From positions 1 through 61,837 of the IMG/VR virus record IMGVR_UViG_3300028840_003061: a stretch of DNA of 61,837 nt, one strand, 5' to 3'. Each line of letters begins with the position of its first letter. Positions within the stretch are counted from its first letter, which is position 1. Position numbers and translations under genes: made by a program. Shown here piece by piece: positions 57,716-61,837 of this stretch. Under the pieces are notes generated by a model. The model worked only from the letters and a program-made list of their open reading frames with translations. It searched no databases and had not been told where the DNA came from. Origin of the DNA: a virus (lineage: Duplodnaviria > Caudoviricetes).

Positions 57716-58436
57716 AGATAAATATGGGGCGTTGTCCCAAATTCAGCCAGACGGGACCTTGGAAGGGGGGGATTCTGCTGTGTGGACAGGGCACTACCTA
57801 TACCTCACTGGTGAGAAGTACCCCTTCGTAGAGACTTTTGAAGTAAAACCAGGGGCTTATGTGCGCCACCCCGATCCTAAAATGACCAATAACGGCTTTG
57901 GTGCATATTACAAGCATCCTTGGGCTGGGTGTATCTCCCGCGACCAGCTAACAGGCATCATCGCCGGTTTAATAAGCCAAAAGAAGCGCCTATCCCTGTT
58001 AAGGCTGATTATACATCACGGGTTTAGGTTATTTTTATTTTCATATAACACTATAGATAACGGAAAAGACCCAGACACCGCTGCCTGGAAATTTCCAGAT
58101 TTAACTCTTTTTGATATATGGTCAATGTATTTACGAGGTTTTGGTATTCTTTCTTTTTTATTTTGGCCAATTTTATGCGTCCTAGACCTTCATCTACTGT
58201 TAAACACGATACATGTAAATAGAGACGGTGATGATGACCAAATTAACTATGCGATAAAACTCTTTATTGCTGTAGAACACGTTCCGACTCCAACAAGTAA
58301 ACTATCTTTTAGTTTACTAAATAAGTCCTCTCTTTTAAAAAAAATACATAATTACTGGTGTGGGTGGAGGAATAACTGCGACATGTACTATTTATACTTT
58401 AATAAATTCAAGGAGTTGCGTAATGTCAGCAAGTAA
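57705..58436 (+). CDS. Hypothetical protein
   Basis: 243-aa ORF with GAGG RBS; YVRHP and SRDQ motifs. Confidence 0.7.
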   Translation: MITKDKYGALSQIQPDGTLEGGDSAVWTGHYLYLTGEKYPFVETFEVKPGAYVRHPDPKMTNNGFGAYYKHPWAGCISRDQLTGIIAGLISQKKRLSLLRLIIHHGFRLFLFSYNTIDNGKDPDTAAWKFPDLTLFDIWSMYLRGFGILSFLFWPILCVLDLHLLLNTIHVNRDGDDDQINYAIKLFIAVEHVPTPTSKLSFSLLNKSSLLKKIHNYWCGWRNNCDMYYLYFNKFKELRNVSK

Positions 58437-58875
58437 AAAAGAGGAGAAACGAGATTCTAAAGGTAGGATTCTTAAAAAAAAGAAGTGTATTAAATGCGGA
58501 AATATATTTGAAGCTCCTGCTGGAGGCAGGAATAGTTGTTGTTTGAGAACTAAAGAAAGCAAGACCCGTCCTAAAATAAAAGAGGCTCACAGTAGACATT
58601 TAATATACAAAAGAGACGGGTATTTGTGCTATTATTGCGGCATTCACCTCTTTAATGTGAACTCATCTCAAATAACCCTAGATCATGTTTATCCGCAATA
58701 TTTAGGCGGAAGACATACTGCCAGCAATTTAGTAACATCGTGTCTTGCTTGTAATAATAAGAAGCAGGCTACAATTGATGTCGATCGTATAAACGAAACG
58801 CTAGAGGACGTAAACCGAAGAAATGAGACTTTTGGGATTCCTTCTAATAAGAAGATAAATACTACAAGCTCCTGA
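58423..58875 (+). CDS. Zinc-finger HNH endonuclease
   Basis: RDGYLCYYCG, TLDHVYP..LGG, NLVTSCLACNNKK; AGGAG RBS before ATG 58423. Confidence 0.9.
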   Translation: MSASKKEEKRDSKGRILKKKKCIKCGNIFEAPAGGRNSCCLRTKESKTRPKIKEAHSRHLIYKRDGYLCYYCGIHLFNVNSSQITLDHVYPQYLGGRHTASNLVTSCLACNNKKQATIDVDRINETLEDVNRRNETFGIPSNKKINTTSS

Positions 58876-59139
58876 GAGGCCGCAGAATGAGCTTTTATAT
58901 AAACTGCATGTCTTGGTATACATTTAGTAAAAAAAACCATTGTGCGCCTGCTCAGGGCGCGAGAAACAGTAGTGTATGTAGTGTCTTGTGTGTTTTTTAT
59001 ATAAAAAAACTCCCCTGAGTGTATTATCTTGTAGACTTTTAAATAAAAATAAACTAAAGTGTGATATAAGAGAGTACTGGAGCGGTTGGAGGCAGCAGCC
59101 TGGTATGGTTAAGTTTTATCATGAAAGGATAGATAAGTT

Positions 59140-59376
59140 ATGAATAATACTAAAATTACTGGAAAAGTAACAATAGATGTGGAAGATTTTGATAGACTAA
59201 GAGATGCCTCAAAGAAACTAGATCGTATATACGAGGTGGCTGAATGCATAAAAATAAAGCATACTGAAACTTATAGAGAACCAACGACTGCCGGATTTGC
59301 CGGAGGCGAGCCGTATGTTGCAAACGAGGACCACGAAAAAAATAATATTATTTTGAATATTAAGAGGATTCTATGA
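59140..59376 (+). CDS. Hypothetical protein
   Basis: AAGGA RBS. Confidence 0.55.
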   Translation: MNNTKITGKVTIDVEDFDRLRDASKKLDRIYEVAECIKIKHTETYREPTTAGFAGGEPYVANEDHEKNNIILNIKRIL

Positions 59377-59657
59377 AAAGAAGTGAGATGGTAGGACATA
59401 TTGCCGCAGAATTAGAGGAGATGCTTTCTACCTTAGAAGCTAGGCCTAAAACTAGGCCGTATATTACCGACAGGTTTGCTAATAATCTTTTAGATATGCT
59501 GGAGGGGTTTGGTATGTTGCCTCCAGTAGAAGATCCGGCACATAGACACGATTTATCTCGATATATATGGGATTATGAAGATGGTAGTTTTAATCAACTT
59601 GTGAACGAGTTTTTAGAAGAAAACGAAGAACTTATGGAGATGTTGGGAGACGAATAG
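59373..59657 (+). CDS. Small 'MKRSEM...GMLPP' protein, paralog 2
   Basis: Shared motifs with 5554-5784. Confidence 0.75.
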   Translation: MKRSEMVGHIAAELEEMLSTLEARPKTRPYITDRFANNLLDMLEGFGMLPPVEDPAHRHDLSRYIWDYEDGSFNQLVNEFLEENEELMEMLGDE

Positions 59658-59671
59658 GAGTGTATTAACTC

Positions 59672-59896
59672 TTAGATTGGTTTTTTAAATATATGCAGCG
59701 GGGTTTTATCTAACCTGTAATACTGTATCATCCTTTTTAAAGCCCTACGCGGGTTTCTAAGCGTATTTGATAGCAAAAAGGTATACTGACCCTCCTCCAA
59801 ATAGATCATGCCGTACAGGCCCTCTGGGAGGCTTTCAGAGATTACTCTAACTGTTCCGATTGTTTTATTCATTGATTTCCTATCTGAGATATACAT
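59672..59896 (-). CDS. Hypothetical protein
   Basis: 74-aa ORF downstream of ncRNA copy 2; weak RBS. Confidence 0.45.
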   Translation of the reverse strand: MYISDRKSMNKTIGTVRVISESLPEGLYGMIYLEEGQYTFLLSNTLRNPRRALKRMIQYYRLDKTPLHIFKKPI

Positions 59897-59902
59897 TTAA
59901 GT

Positions 59903-59985
59903 AAAAAATAGCTATCACCAGGCCCCCAACGATCTGGGATTTGAGGTAACATGCCTTATCCTGCATACCTACCTGGTAATAACTA
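59903..59985 (-). other. Three-way-junction RNA element or terminator at the 3' end of ncRNA copy 2
   Basis: 14-bp stem TAGTTATTACCAGG/CCTGGTGATAGCTA enclosing two hairpins, then T6. Confidence 0.55.
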
Positions 59986-59986
59986 A

Positions 59987-60152
59987 GTCTACGAAACCAG
60001 TCGCTACTCTGGCACATGCGAGGTATTCTTGCCCTTATTCGCTCTGCTGACACGTTTGACTCTATGTCTGTGCGTTCTAGTATCCCCTATCAAGGTCTTA
60101 GCTATTATAACTAAGCTTGGCTTTGGCTACAGCTTCCGCACCTTTCGTAGAC
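59987..60152 (-). ncRNA. Structured ncRNA of unknown family, copy 2
   Basis: Closing stem GTCTACGAAA/TTTCGTAGAC; GTGCG/CGCAC; TGCCAGAGTAGCGACTGG identical to copy 1. Confidence 0.75.
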
Positions 60153-60156
60153 ATAT

Positions 60157-60185
60157 AGTATACTAAATGTAGTGTATTAAGTCAA
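60157..60185 (-). promoter_or_regulatory. Sigma-70 promoter upstream of ncRNA copy 2
   Basis: TTGACT-17 nt-TATACT immediately before the closing stem. Confidence 0.8.
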
Positions 60186-60203
60186 GTGTATTATTTTTTA
60201 AAA

Positions 60204-60746
60204 TTACTCGTCTTTCCAGGAGCGGTTATTTACAATGTCTGCTATGGTAGCTTTTGATACTCCGTACTTTTCTGCTAACTCCCCATAAGTAGAGCCACCT
60301 TTTTTCTCTTCTCGGATACTTCTAGCCTTGTTTATGTTGAGTTTTGAGCGTCGAACTTTTTTTACTGTCCCCAAAACCTCCACCGAATGTCGGTAGTTTT
60401 CTTTCTGCGTCACTAACTCTAGGTTAGATATATGGTTGTTTAAGGTGTCCCCGTCTATGTGGTTTATAACCAAGTCTTTCTTTAAGTCTCCTTTGAATTT
60501 CTGATAAACAACCCTATGTAACGTTAATTTCTTATATTTATACTGCACATGAACACGAGTTCTCGGGTCTTTCTTAGTCTTTTTTAAATGGTGAGTTAGC
60601 TTTCTCCAAAACCCTTTGGTGCTTCTCTTACCTGTACGCTGGATAATTGTGTATATAGTTCCGTCTTCTTGTATATGGTAGTCTGGGTCCTGGCATAACT
60701 GCCGCACTAAGTCGTCGTTTGTTGCAATCAATTTACCTGATCTCAT
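60204..60746 (-). CDS. HNH homing endonuclease with C-terminal HTH
   Basis: LHRVV, INHIDGDTLNNHISNLELVTQKEN.RH; LAEKYGVS; AGGAGG RBS. Confidence 0.9.
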   Translation of the reverse strand: MRSGKLIATNDDLVRQLCQDPDYHIQEDGTIYTIIQRTGKRSTKGFWRKLTHHLKKTKKDPRTRVHVQYKYKKLTLHRVVYQKFKGDLKKDLVINHIDGDTLNNHISNLELVTQKENYRHSVEVLGTVKKVRRSKLNINKARSIREEKKGGSTYGELAEKYGVSKATIADIVNNRSWKDE

Positions 60747-60922
60747 AATAACCTCCTTTTTAGGTAGTTTATCACATTGGTGTATTAAATGCTAGTGTAT
60801 TATCTTATTATATTCTTTTTTAAAAATTTGTATATTATAGAGTGTATAATGTTAATGATTTCAAGCACATACGCTCTGGGTGTCCGGAGCCGAGTTCTTC
60901 TTTTTTTTAGGGGTACCCCCCC

Positions 60923-61021
60923 TGGCACGCTTCTTGCAATAGCAAAATCCATACCAAAACCGTTGGCACAAAAAATGCAATAGCAAAATCCATACCAAAA
61001 ATCTCTGGCACAGAAATTGCA
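60923..61021. repeat. Tandem 41-42 bp repeat made of five sigma-54-like -24/-12 sites
   Basis: Three TGGCAC-N5-(T/A)TGCA on + and two TGGTAT-N5-TTGCT on -. Confidence 0.75.
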
Positions 61022-61197
61022 ATCCTATTTAATACTCCACAGATCTCCACCACCGTCTAGGCTCTAAACACTGACCAAAAGTTCAACACCTACTTAACTT
61101 CCCGGAACCACTAAACAATTCTCACATTCTCATTTTGCTATACAGAAGTTCGACAGTCTTCAGTACTCTTCAGTAAGTGATTCCAGTTACTTACGTT

Positions 61198-61213
61198 TGG
61201 CACATCGAATGCA
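61198..61213 (+). promoter_or_regulatory. Sigma-54-like promoter upstream of gene 61273
   Basis: TGGCAC-ATCGA-ATGCA, about 60 nt upstream of the ATG. Confidence 0.6.
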
Positions 61214-61272
61214 ACAAGTTAAGGCAACACTTAACAGAGGGGCTCTCAGAGCTTCTCAAGGGAGATTGAACC

Positions 61273-61647
61273 ATGTATACAATTAAAGAACTAAAACAAG
61301 AGATCAAGTCAAGCCGTCAGGATGCCTTAGAGGCTCGTCAAGCGATTAAAGCAATCGAATCAATGCAAGAGTCAAGAACTAAGAAAAGTCTCCTTAGAGA
61401 CGCTACTAGACGCTTAGAGAGAGCGTTAAGAGACTTAAAGAGCTTTAAGGAAGAGTTAGCAGCTCTAAAACAGGAAAATGTATACAAGCCAGACTTCGAC
61501 CTTTGCTATAACTCCAGGAAGTCTTTAAAAGTTCACTTGTCCAACTTAGTTGCCACATTCGGAGAAGAGTTAGTCCGAGACATGATAAAGGAAGTCAAAC
61601 TCCATCGTAAACCTAGAACTAATAAACCCCAAACAAAGGCGGCCTAA
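61273..61647 (+). CDS. Coiled-coil hypothetical protein (probably early)
   Basis: AGGGGAG RBS. Confidence 0.7.
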   Translation: MYTIKELKQEIKSSRQDALEARQAIKAIESMQESRTKKSLLRDATRRLERALRDLKSFKEELAALKQENVYKPDFDLCYNSRKSLKVHLSNLVATFGEELVRDMIKEVKLHRKPRTNKPQTKAA

Positions 61648-61648
61648 T

Positions 61649-61837
61649 ATGCCAGTAGAGCAAATAGAATATTATAAACTACGCATTATCGCATTGATGG
61701 ACCGAATCGAGGATGAAACCGGAAATCTCTTAAGTGAGATTCCGGGACTTGACTCCATTGAGGATAGATTCTGGACTTCACTAGATAGAGGCTACGAACA
61801 AGCCTTAATGTGCATCCACAATGAATTATGTAAAATA
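61649..61837 (+). CDS. Hypothetical protein (truncated by window)
   Basis: ATG just after the previous stop; open to the window end. Confidence 0.5.
   Translation, partial: MPVEQIEYYKLRIIALMDRIEDETGNLLSEIPGLDSIEDRFWTSLDRGYEQALMCIHNELCKI

Noticed and set aside
59987-60746. IscB/HEARO-type RNA-guided HNH system
   Set aside because: The adjacent HNH is a short homing-type enzyme without RuvC or PLMP motifs, the RNA has its own promoter, and copy 1 has no nuclease neighbour.
60789-60983. 64-aa ORF from the track
   Set aside because: No RBS; it runs through the AT tract, homopolymers and the repeat array, so it is likely spurious.
60923-61021. CRISPR or TIGR-like array
   Set aside because: Only about 2.5 units, variable parts of 5-8 nt, no unique spacers and no adjacent effector gene; RpoN-site geometry explains it better.

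Overview
The window is most of an AT-rich dsDNA tailed-phage genome with a podovirus-like gene set. No integrase, tRNA or CRISPR array was seen. Positions 1-20.3 kb (+) carry nucleotide metabolism, recombination and replication genes: dCMP deaminase, ThyX, a PD-(D/E)XK nuclease, ERF, an AEP primase-DnaB helicase, a family A DNA polymerase with an extra N-terminal NADAR-like domain, dUTPase, RusA and two ClpP-like proteins. Positions 20.3-52.5 kb (-) carry the morphogenesis genes: terminase, portal, scaffold, a major capsid split by a group I intron with a GIY-YIG endonuclease, tail fibre, adaptor, nozzle and ejection proteins. Positions 52.5-60.8 kb hold lysis and accessory genes plus three HNH endonucleases, followed by a probable control or terminus region. 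The most unusual signals are: (1) two homologous structured ncRNAs about 54.5 kb apart, each with its own promoter and each near a copy of the same small 'MKRSEM...GMLPP' protein; (2) a phased array of sigma-54 -24/-12 sites in both orientations; (3) three tail genes that appear to start at ATC/ATT; (4) the NADAR-like/PolA fusion; (5) two recurring DNA motifs, TTAACAACTA and RGTGTATTA. All family assignments come from reading motifs by eye; no searches were run.
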